From Candidatus Calditenuaceae archaeon (GTDB lineage: Archaea > Thermoproteota > Nitrososphaeria_A > Caldarchaeales > Calditenuaceae), in NCBI GenBank assembly GCA_025058055.1, contig JANXEU010000005.1:45467-77466 (forward strand): a stretch of 32,000 nt of DNA, written 5' to 3'. Both the position numbers and the translations under genes were made by a program. This document shows positions 18,633 through 26,862 of this stretch, in pieces. The stretch's first letter is position 1. The number at the start of each line of letters is the position of its first letter. The notes under the pieces are model-generated. The model ran no database searches, was not told the DNA's origin, and saw nothing but the letters and a program-made list of their open reading frames with translations.

Positions 18633-19116
18633 GTGAAGACCTCCGTAGGGCCTCAAGTCCGCCATCAGGGTCAGGATCGCTAACCTACGCCTCGAGGTCG
18701 AGACGTTCCTAGACCTGAAGAAGAACATCGAAGACCTCCGCCTCAGGACGGCCCTCCTCAACACAGCCCTGTGAGTCCACGACGAGTTCGTCATCAGCAC
18801 GCTACCCCTAGACAGACTGGAGGTCCTCCACCTAGACCACTCCGAGATCAGGGAGAAGGCGCTCTTCCAGACCAAGCTGACAGCGAGGACGCTCTTCAGG
18901 AACTTCGACGTCGGAACCAGAATGGACCAGTACATGAGTCACATCGCGGACAGGAGGCTGCGGGCGCTGGGGCTCGAGCCGGCCTTCGGAGTCGAGAGCA
19001 ACCCGCTCAAGTGGCTGGCGGTGCAGGTCGACGTCCCCGAGCTTACCAACTTCTTCGAGGCGAGGTACGTGCGCTACCAGGTCGGCCTTAGGAGGTCCGA
19101 CCTCGGAGGGATCTGA
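18633..19116 (+). pseudogene. Decayed gene of unknown family, with an in-frame TGA at 18772-18774 and a probable frameshift near 18660
   Basis: The frame of 18649-19116 shows strong genome-typical GC3 codon usage on both sides of the TGA (...LRLRTALLNTAL*VHDEFVISTLPLDRLEVLHLDHSEIREKALF...GLRRSDLGGI). The only plausible start (GTG 18633) is in another frame. The other frames give R/P/G-rich nonsense. Confidence 0.35.
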
Positions 19117-19151
19117 GTTAGATGGCCGTTCAAGCCGCGGCCCTGGCATCG

Positions 19152-19694
19152 TCAGGCGTCATTCCGCCCTATCAGACTCACGATCCACTTGACGGCCCTC
19201 CTGTACCTCGCCATGTCCTTGAAGATCCAGCCGTTGATACCGCTCATGAAGACGGGCTCCGTCTCGAGGACCTCGATCACCTCTTCCCTCGGGAACGCTC
19301 TCACATAGTGCGCCGGGTCCTTCACCAGCAGTACTCTCCGGTACTCCAGCTCGTGGATCCGTGTGATCGGCGTACCCTCCGTACCCTCAACCCTCGCGAG
19401 CAAGTGCGATATGTCGCTCAGGTCGATCGAGTTCCTGAAGCCACGGTTTACCCACTCCTGCACGCAGGCGTTGAAGAAACCCACTATGTCTCGGACGTAG
19501 GGTTTCCCAGAGTTGTAGTAAAGCAACCCGATCGGGTGATTCAACCACCCTTTACGGCCGTCGTTTATCCATCCGAGTTTTCGTAGAATTACGTTCAGCA
19601 CCTGCATGCACTCGACCCGCTGCTTTCCGAGCCTCCTGTCGTCTAACACGTCCGCTGATCTTCGCCAATCAACATAGGGCCGAAAGATCTGCAT
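19152..19694 (-). CDS. Pyrimidine-dimer DNA glycosylase / endonuclease V-like protein (tentative)
   Basis: The N-terminus MQIFRPYVDWRRSADVLDDRRLGKQRVECMQVL...GWLNHP...EWVNRGF resembles, from memory, the bacterial Pyr_excise-like family. The preferred ATG at 19694 lies 27 nt downstream of TTTATC (19721-19726). Confidence 0.45.
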   Translation of the reverse strand: MQIFRPYVDWRRSADVLDDRRLGKQRVECMQVLNVILRKLGWINDGRKGWLNHPIGLLYYNSGKPYVRDIVGFFNACVQEWVNRGFRNSIDLSDISHLLARVEGTEGTPITRIHELEYRRVLLVKDPAHYVRAFPREEVIEVLETEPVFMSGINGWIFKDMARYRRAVKWIVSLIGRNDA

Positions 19695-19794
19695 CCTAAA
19701 ACGTCGTTGAGGAGCCGCATGATAAATCACGCTCGACCGCGGAGTAACTCGCCTCTTGGAAAGGGGTAAAGCGTGCTCGAGTTAGCTGAGGCCG

Positions 19795-20682
19795 ATGGTG
19801 CGGGTTGGTTTTATCGGTCTGGGACTTATGGGGAAACCGATGGCGAAGAGGCTACACCAACACGGCCATGAGCTCACGGTTCACAGCAGAAGTCAAGGAC
19901 CCGTAGAGGAGCTAGTGGCTATAGGCGCTCATGCGGGAACGACTCCCTCAGATGTCGCTGAGAGATCAGAGGTGATATTCCTGATGCTCCCCGACTCGAA
20001 AGATGTGCTAGAGGTGGCCCTCGGCGAGCGCGGCCTGATCAAAGGACTGAACTCCGGGTCGATAGTCGTCGACTGTTCGACCGTATCGCCCTGGACTGAG
20101 CGCGAGATAGCCAGTAAGTTCGCGAAGATCGGAGTGGGTTACCTAGACGCACCGGTTACAGGAGGGACAGTGGCCGCTGAGAAGGGCACCCTCACCTTCA
20201 TGGTCGGTGGCGACAAGGAGGCCTTCGAGAGAGTGGTACCAATACTCGAGTGCATGGGGAAAAGGATCGAGTATATGGGCCCGTCTGGCTCAGGTCAGCT
20301 CACAAAGCTAGCGAATCAGATCGCGGTAGCCGGGACGTTGCTCGCATCGGCTGAGGCCCTTGTCTTCGCGAGAGAAGTCGGGTTAGACGCAAGTCGAGTC
20401 CTTTACGTGATAGGTTCCGGGGCGGCGGGGTCGTGGCAACTGAACAACTTGGGCCCTAAGATGCTAACACGAGACTATTCCCCGGGGTTCAAGGTCGAGC
20501 ACCTTAGAAAGGACCTGAGGATAGTGTTAGAGGTAGCCGAAGATGTTGGTGTTCCGATGTTTAGCGCGTCAATCGTACACCAACTGACTAAAATCCTTTC
20601 ATCGAGGGGATTCAATAAGTCTGGAACTCAAGCCATAATAGAAGTTCTGTCCAGTTTTGGTTCGGAGAACTCATCGCGATAA
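19795..20682 (+). CDS. NAD(P)-dependent 3-hydroxyisobutyrate / 2-hydroxy-3-oxopropionate reductase-family dehydrogenase
   Basis: The Rossmann motif is VGFIGLGLMGKPMAKRL. DAPVTGG and the C-terminal 6PGDH-like helical domain pattern are also present. Confidence 0.8.
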   Translation: MVRVGFIGLGLMGKPMAKRLHQHGHELTVHSRSQGPVEELVAIGAHAGTTPSDVAERSEVIFLMLPDSKDVLEVALGERGLIKGLNSGSIVVDCSTVSPWTEREIASKFAKIGVGYLDAPVTGGTVAAEKGTLTFMVGGDKEAFERVVPILECMGKRIEYMGPSGSGQLTKLANQIAVAGTLLASAEALVFAREVGLDASRVLYVIGSGAAGSWQLNNLGPKMLTRDYSPGFKVEHLRKDLRIVLEVAEDVGVPMFSASIVHQLTKILSSRGFNKSGTQAIIEVLSSFGSENSSR

Positions 20683-20707
20683 AGGGATCGCGAATCGAGA
20701 TCGGGAC

Positions 20708-22279
20708 TCAACTCTCCATCACTTTAGTTATGCGGCCCATCCCTTTGATGCGACCCTCGCGAAGTATGAAGACGTCTCCCTCCCTAACGAACTCTGGTCT
20801 ATACTTGAAGGAAAAGGTCACTCTTCCCTGCTCTCCGGGTGCGATGAAACCGTCGTTCTGAACCAGTGTCTTGACGGACTGAGCGATCGTATGGCAGTGA
20901 AATATCGGTTCGTAGCCCGTCGCGACTCTGGTCGGGTGATTTAGGACAAGCAGCTCGCCCTCGAAACGGCGAACGGCCCTCGGACGAACCTCGAAATCGC
21001 TGAGCGCCATCCCTCTCCTGACGACTTCGTGTGGAACGCCTCTGATCGCGATACCGACTAGTTGGCCTGCCGACGCCTCATCGACTTTGGAGTGGTGAAC
21101 CTCAATGCTTCTAGCTCTAACCTCTAGGAACCCTCCCTTGTTGTCTGGACCCAGCAGCAGCGCGTCTCCACTTCGCAAAACTCCCTGCAGTATCGTGCCT
21201 GAGACCACAGTCCCTGCTCCCTCGACGTTGTAGACGCGATCGACGTACATCAGGAAGGGATCGTTCAGCTTTTTGGGCCTCGGAGGGAGGACCGCAAGGA
21301 GGTCGTAGAGCAAGTCGAACCCCTGCCTCGTAGCCGAGGAGACCTCTACGATCGGTACCACGGGGTTCATCTTGTCTGCTACGACGTCCACATCAGACCT
21401 GTCCCTCAGGGGATAAGGGACTCGGCCGACGCGTTTAATGAGCCTCGATACTTCATCCCTAACCTCCTCCAACCTCCTTCTTCCCACCTTGTCGACCTTC
21501 GTTAAACAGACTATTACCGGAACGCCAGAACCGAACATGATGCCTAAGTGCTCACGTGAGATGTGAGTGGGGCCGTCGTCCGCGGCGACCACTAGTAAGC
21601 CGTAGTCCAGCTCTTGACCGAGAAGGCCCCTGATAGTAGTCCTTAGCCAAGGCTCGTGACCTACTGTGTCGACGATGCTCACTACCTTCTCTGCCTCCCG
21701 GACGACTCTGGACTTCTCGTGTCTGTCCCTTGGGCTCTTCAGGAACAACGGTCTTCCTCCCCTGAAGCCCAGTACCGTGAAGTGGAGGTCCGCCGAGAGG
21801 TTCCGGGAGATCTCGTGAGGAAGCGTGTCCATGTAGAGCCACTTGGTTCCGTCGTCCCTCTCACCAGTGACTAAACAGGCTATGAGGGTTGACTTGCCGT
21901 GATTTACATGCCCCGCAATTCCGACGGTCAGGTGGTTTCTCGGCGAGCCAGCGACGCTCACTATCACAACCTTCGCCATGTGGCCCCTCTCTGTCGAGTA
22001 CCTCTCCACCTTCCTCACCTTGGCACCGCACTCCGCGGCCAAGGAGCTGATCACTGCTAGGCTCTCCTCCAACTCCACCTCGCTGAGCCCGGAGACCTCA
22101 CCGTCGTCGTTCACACCGAGCACGTAAACCGCGACACCGTTTCCCTCCATCAGCTTTGACTTCATCTGCGCCACGAGCTGTTGCCGCCTCTCGGTCCTGA
22201 GGTGAACCGAAGCCAGAAGCCTCGACTTGAACTCGATGTACCTGTCCTCCGAGGCCGGCAGCGAGAACCGCTCCCCCAC
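20708..22279 (-). CDS. GTPBP1-family translational-type GTPase (EF-1alpha-like)
   Basis: G1 is GHVNHGKST, G3 is DTVGHE and G4 is TKVDK, followed by EF-Tu domain II/III-like beta-barrels. The track ORF extends to 22771, but that part is antisense to the neighbouring gene. I prefer the GTG at 22279 (MGERFSLPASEDRYIEF...). Confidence 0.8.
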   Translation of the reverse strand: MGERFSLPASEDRYIEFKSRLLASVHLRTERRQQLVAQMKSKLMEGNGVAVYVLGVNDDGEVSGLSEVELEESLAVISSLAAECGAKVRKVERYSTERGHMAKVVIVSVAGSPRNHLTVGIAGHVNHGKSTLIACLVTGERDDGTKWLYMDTLPHEISRNLSADLHFTVLGFRGGRPLFLKSPRDRHEKSRVVREAEKVVSIVDTVGHEPWLRTTIRGLLGQELDYGLLVVAADDGPTHISREHLGIMFGSGVPVIVCLTKVDKVGRRRLEEVRDEVSRLIKRVGRVPYPLRDRSDVDVVADKMNPVVPIVEVSSATRQGFDLLYDLLAVLPPRPKKLNDPFLMYVDRVYNVEGAGTVVSGTILQGVLRSGDALLLGPDNKGGFLEVRARSIEVHHSKVDEASAGQLVGIAIRGVPHEVVRRGMALSDFEVRPRAVRRFEGELLVLNHPTRVATGYEPIFHCHTIAQSVKTLVQNDGFIAPGEQGRVTFSFKYRPEFVREGDVFILREGRIKGMGRITKVMES

Positions 22280-22305
22280 GTCTGAAGCTACGACCTCCGA
22301 GTGAG

Positions 22306-22311
22306 TTATAT
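22306..22311. promoter_or_regulatory. Single TTATAT/ATATAA element in a 57-nt divergent intergenic region
   Basis: It lies 26 nt from the GTG at 22279 (minus strand) and 25 nt from the ATG at 22337 (plus strand). It is the only AT-rich hexamer in the gap. Confidence 0.3.
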
Positions 22312-22336
22312 CGGTATCATGCAAACCCAGACATGC

Positions 22337-23128
22337 ATGAGAGTAATAGGCTTCCTCTCCGATTACGGCTCGAGAGATCCCTACGTCGGCGAGGTCAAAG
22401 CGGTTTTGATCGGTCGGTGTCCCGACGCGATCGTGATTGACATCACGCATGAGGTTGATCCGTTCAACGTCCTTCAGGGGGCCTTTCTCCTCCGCACTGC
22501 CTACAGGTTCTTTCCGAAGGGGTCGATCTTCCTCGCGGTCGTCGATCCGGGAGTCGGGACGGAGCGTCGAGGCGTCGTCATAAAGACAAAGAACTACTGG
22601 TTCGTCGGCCCCGACAACGGCCTCCTCTACCCCTCTGCCGTCGAGGACGGGATCGAGGAGTGCTTTGAGGTTCAGCTGTCCGGTTACGCGCGGTACGGCT
22701 GCGAGACTTTCCACGGGCGCGATGTCTTCGCACCGGTCGTGTGCGAGCTTCACTCGGGCCTCACACCTCACGTCAGGCCGTTGGATCCGAAGGAGTTAGT
22801 GACGCTCGAGCTTGAAGGGCCTAAGTCCTCTGAGCGTGAAGTCATCGCAAGGGTTCTACACGTCGACAGGTTCGGAAACTGCATCACGAACGTCGGCCTT
22901 TCGTCGCTGCCGCCTTGGATGGAGTTCGGCTCAAGGTACAAAGTCAGTGTCGGATCGAGGACAATAGAGGCTTCTCTGGTGCGCGCGTACGGTATCGTGG
23001 GGAGCGGTGATTTCCTTCTCACCCTCGGAGGTACGGGCTACTTGGAGCTTTCTGTGAACCGAGGAAGCGCAGCTTCCGAGCTGGGAGTAAAGGCAGGGGA
23101 CGTTTTGAAGATCAAGAGGACAGCCTGA
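22337..23128 (+). CDS. S-adenosyl-L-methionine hydroxide adenosyltransferase family protein (DUF62)
   Basis: MRVIGFLSDYGSRDPYVGEVKAVL is the family-typical N-terminus. Also present are VVDPGVGT, GPDNGLL and FHGRDVFAP. Confidence 0.75.
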   Translation: MRVIGFLSDYGSRDPYVGEVKAVLIGRCPDAIVIDITHEVDPFNVLQGAFLLRTAYRFFPKGSIFLAVVDPGVGTERRGVVIKTKNYWFVGPDNGLLYPSAVEDGIEECFEVQLSGYARYGCETFHGRDVFAPVVCELHSGLTPHVRPLDPKELVTLELEGPKSSEREVIARVLHVDRFGNCITNVGLSSLPPWMEFGSRYKVSVGSRTIEASLVRAYGIVGSGDFLLTLGGTGYLELSVNRGSAASELGVKAGDVLKIKRTA

Positions 23129-23132
23129 GCTC

Positions 23133-24908
23133 TCACACTAGGATCTCGGGTTTCAGGGCCGAGATGGTAGCCTTCACTTCCTCCTCGAGCGCAGCTATCT
23201 TGTCGAGCTCCTCGTTCCTGTACTCGGCCTTGGACCTAACGATCTTGGAGATTATCGGAAGCTGTCTGATCTTGATCAGGGGTACTCCCTTCCTTAAGAC
23301 GTCCTCTGCGTAGCGGTGGAACGTTACGAAGAGCCTCATCAAAGCGTACTCCTTCTTCGGCGAGCAGTAAGAGTCCACCTCGTCGAAGGCGCTCTGCTGG
23401 AGGAAGCCCTCCCTGATCATCCTGCCCACGTCGAGGATCAGCTTCTCCTCGTCAGCGAGCGATTCGGGCCCTAGGAGCCTCACCAGCTCCAGCAGCTCCT
23501 CCTCCCTCCTCAGAAGTCTGTAGATGTAGGCACGCAGGTCGTACCACTCCTCCTTGACGCTCGTCGCCCACCAGTCCTTGACCGTTTCGACGTAGCCGGA
23601 GTAGGACATCATCCAGTTGATCGCGGGGTAGTGCCTCGTGTAGGCGAGGTTCGGGTCGAGGGCCCAGAAGGTCCTCACGAACCTGAGCGTATGCGTGGTC
23701 ACAGGTTCCGTGAAGTCACCGCCGGGAGGCGATACGGCTCCCACCAGCGTCATGCTTCCTATCCTCTCGGGCCTTCCAAGCACTTCGACGCGGCCGGCCC
23801 TCTCGTAGAACTCTGCCAGCCTGCTGGCAAGGTAGCTGGGATAACCCTCCTCCGCAGGCATCTCCTCCAGCCTACCACTGATCTCCCTGAGGGCCTCTGC
23901 CCACCTGCTGGTAGAGTCGGCAACCAGCAGTACGTCGTACCCCATGTCCCTGTAGAACTCGGCGATCGTAGCACCGGTGTAGATGCTGGCCTCCCTCGCC
24001 GCGACGGGCATGTTGCTCGTGTTGGCGATAAGCACGGTCCTCTCCATCAACGGCCTCCCCGTGTACGGATCCTTGAGGTGCGGGAACTCCGTCAGCACCT
24101 CGGCCTCCTCGTTGCCCCGCTCACCGCAACCAATGTGGAGTATGACCTTCGCATCGCTCCACTTCGCGAGCTGATGGAGTGTCACGGTCTTCCCGGTTCC
24201 GAAGGCTCCAGGTATGCATCCAGTTCCTCCCTTAGCCATGGGGAAGAGCGTGTCTATCACTCGCTGACCCGTTATCAAGGGCACAACAGGGTCAAGCCTT
24301 TTCCTGAAGGGCCTGGGCGTCCTCACCGGCCACCTGTGGGCCATCCTGATCTCCTCAACCCCCTCTTTCGTCTTCACCAAGGCAACGACGTCTTTCACGG
24401 TGTAATCTCCTTCCGGGGCGATCTCTTGGACGGTACCTCTAGCAACTTCCGGAGGGATCATGACCTTCATCGTGACCAGAGGAGTCTCCTGTACCTCTCC
24501 TATCACGCTGCCCGCCTCAACATCATCGCCTCGCTTGACCGTGGGAACGAAGCGCCACTTCTTCTCTTCTGGTATAGGTGGAACATCTACTCCTCTCCTC
24601 ACGAAGGGCCCCACCCTCTCGGCCACCCTGTCCAGCGGCCGTTGAACCCCATCATAGACGCTCCCCATCATTCCGGGTCCAAGGTTCACGGAGAGCGGTG
24701 CTCCAGTCCCCACAACGGGTTCGCCCGGGGAGAGACCCGAGGTGTTCTCGTAGACTTGAACGAACGCAACGTCGCCCGTGAGCTTGATCACCTCACCGAC
24801 CAGACCCTCCTTCCCCACCCTGACGACCTCGTACATCTTAGCTCCCATCATTCCGTCTGCCTTCACGGCAGGCCCAGCTATCCAAACAATCCTACCCTTG
24901 GCCGGCAT
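23133..24908 (-). CDS. atpA: A-type (A1A0/V-type) ATP synthase catalytic subunit A
   Basis: Walker A is GAFGTGKT. Motifs [25 protein letters not shown] and YPAINW are present. The length is 591 aa and there is no intein. Confidence 0.95.
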   Translation of the reverse strand: MPAKGRIVWIAGPAVKADGMMGAKMYEVVRVGKEGLVGEVIKLTGDVAFVQVYENTSGLSPGEPVVGTGAPLSVNLGPGMMGSVYDGVQRPLDRVAERVGPFVRRGVDVPPIPEEKKWRFVPTVKRGDDVEAGSVIGEVQETPLVTMKVMIPPEVARGTVQEIAPEGDYTVKDVVALVKTKEGVEEIRMAHRWPVRTPRPFRKRLDPVVPLITGQRVIDTLFPMAKGGTGCIPGAFGTGKTVTLHQLAKWSDAKVILHIGCGERGNEEAEVLTEFPHLKDPYTGRPLMERTVLIANTSNMPVAAREASIYTGATIAEFYRDMGYDVLLVADSTSRWAEALREISGRLEEMPAEEGYPSYLASRLAEFYERAGRVEVLGRPERIGSMTLVGAVSPPGGDFTEPVTTHTLRFVRTFWALDPNLAYTRHYPAINWMMSYSGYVETVKDWWATSVKEEWYDLRAYIYRLLRREEELLELVRLLGPESLADEEKLILDVGRMIREGFLQQSAFDEVDSYCSPKKEYALMRLFVTFHRYAEDVLRKGVPLIKIRQLPIISKIVRSKAEYRNEELDKIAALEEEVKATISALKPEILV

Positions 24909-24995
24909 CTCGACGTCTCTGCACAGAGGTCTCTAAAAAAGATCGTTCGCAACCTTGAGAGCAGTCTGACAATGTAAAATCCGAGCAGGAGGCAC

Positions 24996-25697
24996 GTGCA
25001 GCGGATGTCGGTCGAGCTGCTTAGGGCAAGATTGAAGGAGCGGATCTCGAGCTTTCCAGAGCTCGGTGAGCTATGCGATCGTTGCCTCTCTTCGAGGAGG
25101 TGGGGAGGTAGCGTGGTGCTGATGGTGCTAGACGCGTCTTTCACCTCGATAGGCATGAGCTACTTCAGGTCTGTCGTGCCTGCTGTGGACAAAATCAGGA
25201 GGGACCTAGTAGAACCTGGTGTCCTGAAGAACCTTGAGGACTTGAATAGCGTCGACTTGGATCGCGTAAGGCCCTACTGGAGGAACGTAAGGTCTTGGGA
25301 GGTGGCGAAGAGCGTCGCGGGCTCCCTGCTGCAGCGAGACGGTGACGACGTATCGAGGTTGAGGAGATGGGCCTCTTCTGCCACACTCGAGGGCTGGCGA
25401 AGTGACTCCATAGGGTCTCTGAAGGGCGTGGGCCTAGTGACCTATCAGTATCTGAGGATGATGGGAGGAGTCGATACGGTCATGCCGGACAAGATCGTGA
25501 AGCGTGTGCTCAACGACATTCTGAAGGAGTGCGGCTTCGAAGTCGTCAGGGACGACCTTGAGTTCGTCAGACAGGTTGAGAGGATAGCCCACCTCACAGG
25601 ATACAGACCCATCGAGCTCTGCTGGTTCACTTGGCTCTTCAACGAGACCGAGCTGATGAAGAGACCGAGCTACCGGGAAGTCGTACACATGATCTAA
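24996..25697 (+). CDS. Hypothetical protein with a helix-hairpin-helix, HhH-GPD-like segment
   Basis: LKGVGLVTYQYLRMMGGVDTVMPDKIVKRVL resembles the HhH plus Asp motif of the endonuclease III/AGOG-type glycosylase superfamily. The rest is not recognisable. The start is probably the ATG at 25005. Confidence 0.4.
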   Translation: MQRMSVELLRARLKERISSFPELGELCDRCLSSRRWGGSVVLMVLDASFTSIGMSYFRSVVPAVDKIRRDLVEPGVLKNLEDLNSVDLDRVRPYWRNVRSWEVAKSVAGSLLQRDGDDVSRLRRWASSATLEGWRSDSIGSLKGVGLVTYQYLRMMGGVDTVMPDKIVKRVLNDILKECGFEVVRDDLEFVRQVERIAHLTGYRPIELCWFTWLFNETELMKRPSYREVVHMI

Positions 25698-26087
25698 TCA
25701 GTAGACGTATCCGAGGAGCTTCCCTCCCAGCCCCTTCTGTTTGGCCTCCCTGTGGGACATCACTCCCTGGTTCGTTGTCACCACGAGTATGCCGACGTCC
25801 CTGCTCGGAAGGTATCGCTTCTCGAATTCCTCGTAACCGTCCTTGTTGACGCTGAACCTCGGCCTGATCGGCCCTGCTTTGTTGATCCTGCCCAACAGCT
25901 GGATCACGACCTCCCCTCCCCTCCCGTCCTCGAGGTACTCGAAGGCACCAACGTAACCGTGCCTCTGCAGCGTCCTCAGGACCTCCACCACGAGCTTCGA
26001 GTACTTGTGGACGCACTCCTTGTTCCTGACCATCTCGTTGTTGTAGAGCTTCGTGAAGAGCCCGCTCACCCAGTCGAACGTCGCCAT
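25698..26087 (-). CDS. rps8: 30S ribosomal protein uS8
   Basis: The sequence LRTLQRHGYVGAFEYLEDGRGGEVVIQLLGRINKAG...VVTTNQGVMSHREAKQKGLGGKLLGYVY matches uS8. Confidence 0.9.
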   Translation of the reverse strand: MATFDWVSGLFTKLYNNEMVRNKECVHKYSKLVVEVLRTLQRHGYVGAFEYLEDGRGGEVVIQLLGRINKAGPIRPRFSVNKDGYEEFEKRYLPSRDVGILVVTTNQGVMSHREAKQKGLGGKLLGYVY

Positions 26088-26136
26088 CTCCTTCAGTCCG
26101 CCGTGCCGTCCCTCCTAAAATACGTGGGACCGTCAG

Positions 26137-26436
26137 TTATGGGACTCTGCCGCAGAGGTCACAGTACAGCTCGATCGCTAACCGATGGTCCAAACCTCTG
26201 ATGACGCTCACTGTTCGCAAGGCCTTTCCGGCATGCGGCTTGCGTTTCAACGGTTCTAGTATCCTGTCGTAATCTTCCTGCGACTTGACTCGGAGCCTCT
26301 TCCACCCCTCTTCGGCGTTAGTCGCTATCACGAAGAACTTCCTCTTGCAGCCCATCTGTGCGATCCTCCTGCCGCCCTGCTTCATAATTTTCCACCCGGT
26401 GTAAATCGTCTTCATCTCGACACCCGTCCTCTCCAA
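26137..26436 (-). CDS. Hypothetical small basic protein
   Basis: The support is an ORF with host-like composition. A more likely start is the ATG giving MKTIYTGWKIMKQGGRR... I recognised no family. Confidence 0.3.
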   Translation of the reverse strand: MERTGVEMKTIYTGWKIMKQGGRRIAQMGCKRKFFVIATNAEEGWKRLRVKSQEDYDRILEPLKRKPHAGKALRTVSVIRGLDHRLAIELYCDLCGRVP

Positions 26437-26665
26437 ATCGGCGAGGCCCTCAGGTATGCATCGCCCTCTCGAAGGAAGACCTAATCACCTCGGGGAAACT
26501 CGACGCGGCGAACCAAGCAGGGTACTCCAACTCTTGCCGCATAGGAGTAGGCGACCTGCGAATAGTCTACACTTTCAACTGCGCTAAAATTGATGAAACT
26601 AATTCACCCTGTTGAGCCAAGGGAAAGAGTACTAGATTCATTCAAGGTGAACACAACTTATTATC

Positions 26666-26730
26666 TGCGGAGGTGGGATTAGAACCCACGAGCCCCTGCG
26701 GGAGCAGGTCTTGAACCTGCCGCCGACGGC
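26666..26730 (-). tRNA. tRNA-Leu(CAA) 3' fragment: anticodon arm, long variable arm, T-arm and 3' acceptor strand, with no 5' acceptor or D-arm
   Basis: The minus strand reads GCAGG-TTCAAGA-CCTGC (anticodon CAA at 26711-26713), then TCCCGCAGGGGCTC (class II variable arm), then GTGGG-TTCTAAT-CCCAC (T-arm), then CTCCGCA. The complementary 5' strand (plus-strand CCTCCGC) is absent in the next 130 nt (26731-26860). Only 7 nt follow the T-stem, one fewer than canonical. Confidence 0.55.
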
Positions 26731-26783
26731 TTTACACAGCTTGTGCTTTTTTGCTACGAAACTTGTAATTAATAGTTCGTGTA

Positions 26784-26805
26784 AATTGGAAATCAATTGG
26801 AAATC
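26784..26805. repeat. Perfect tandem duplication of the 11-mer AATTGGAAATC
   Basis: This was read directly: gtaAATTGGAAATCAATTGGAAATCtac, in the AT-rich spacer between the tRNA fragment and the EVE-nuclease gene. Confidence 0.9.
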
Positions 26806-26862
26806 TACTGCGTGCAGAACAATTCCAACAATAACCTAAGTAATTGTAATTCTCAAGAACGT

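Noticed and set aside
18772-18774. The in-frame TGA read as selenocysteine or programmed readthrough.
   Set aside because: I saw no SECIS-like hairpin downstream. Sec usage is not expected in this lineage. The ORF also lacks a usable start and needs an additional frameshift, so decay is the simpler explanation.
22280-22771. The N-terminal 164-codon extension of the GTPase ORF (track ORF 20708..22771).
   Set aside because: It is antisense to the well-supported DUF62 gene (family-typical N-terminus at 22337). The extension has no GTPBP1-like sequence. An in-frame GTG at 22279 gives the family-typical length.
23631-24977. A 448-aa plus-strand ORF.
   Set aside because: It lies entirely antisense to the unambiguous atpA gene. 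Its product is R/P/H/G-rich with no recognisable motif. This is a typical shadow ORF in GC-rich DNA.
26616-26712. ORFs reading through the tRNA fragment, as a possible split SSV-type integrase half.
   Set aside because: Both the plus-strand and minus-strand read-through frames are short (about 30-55 codons), lack start codons and show no integrase-like sequence.
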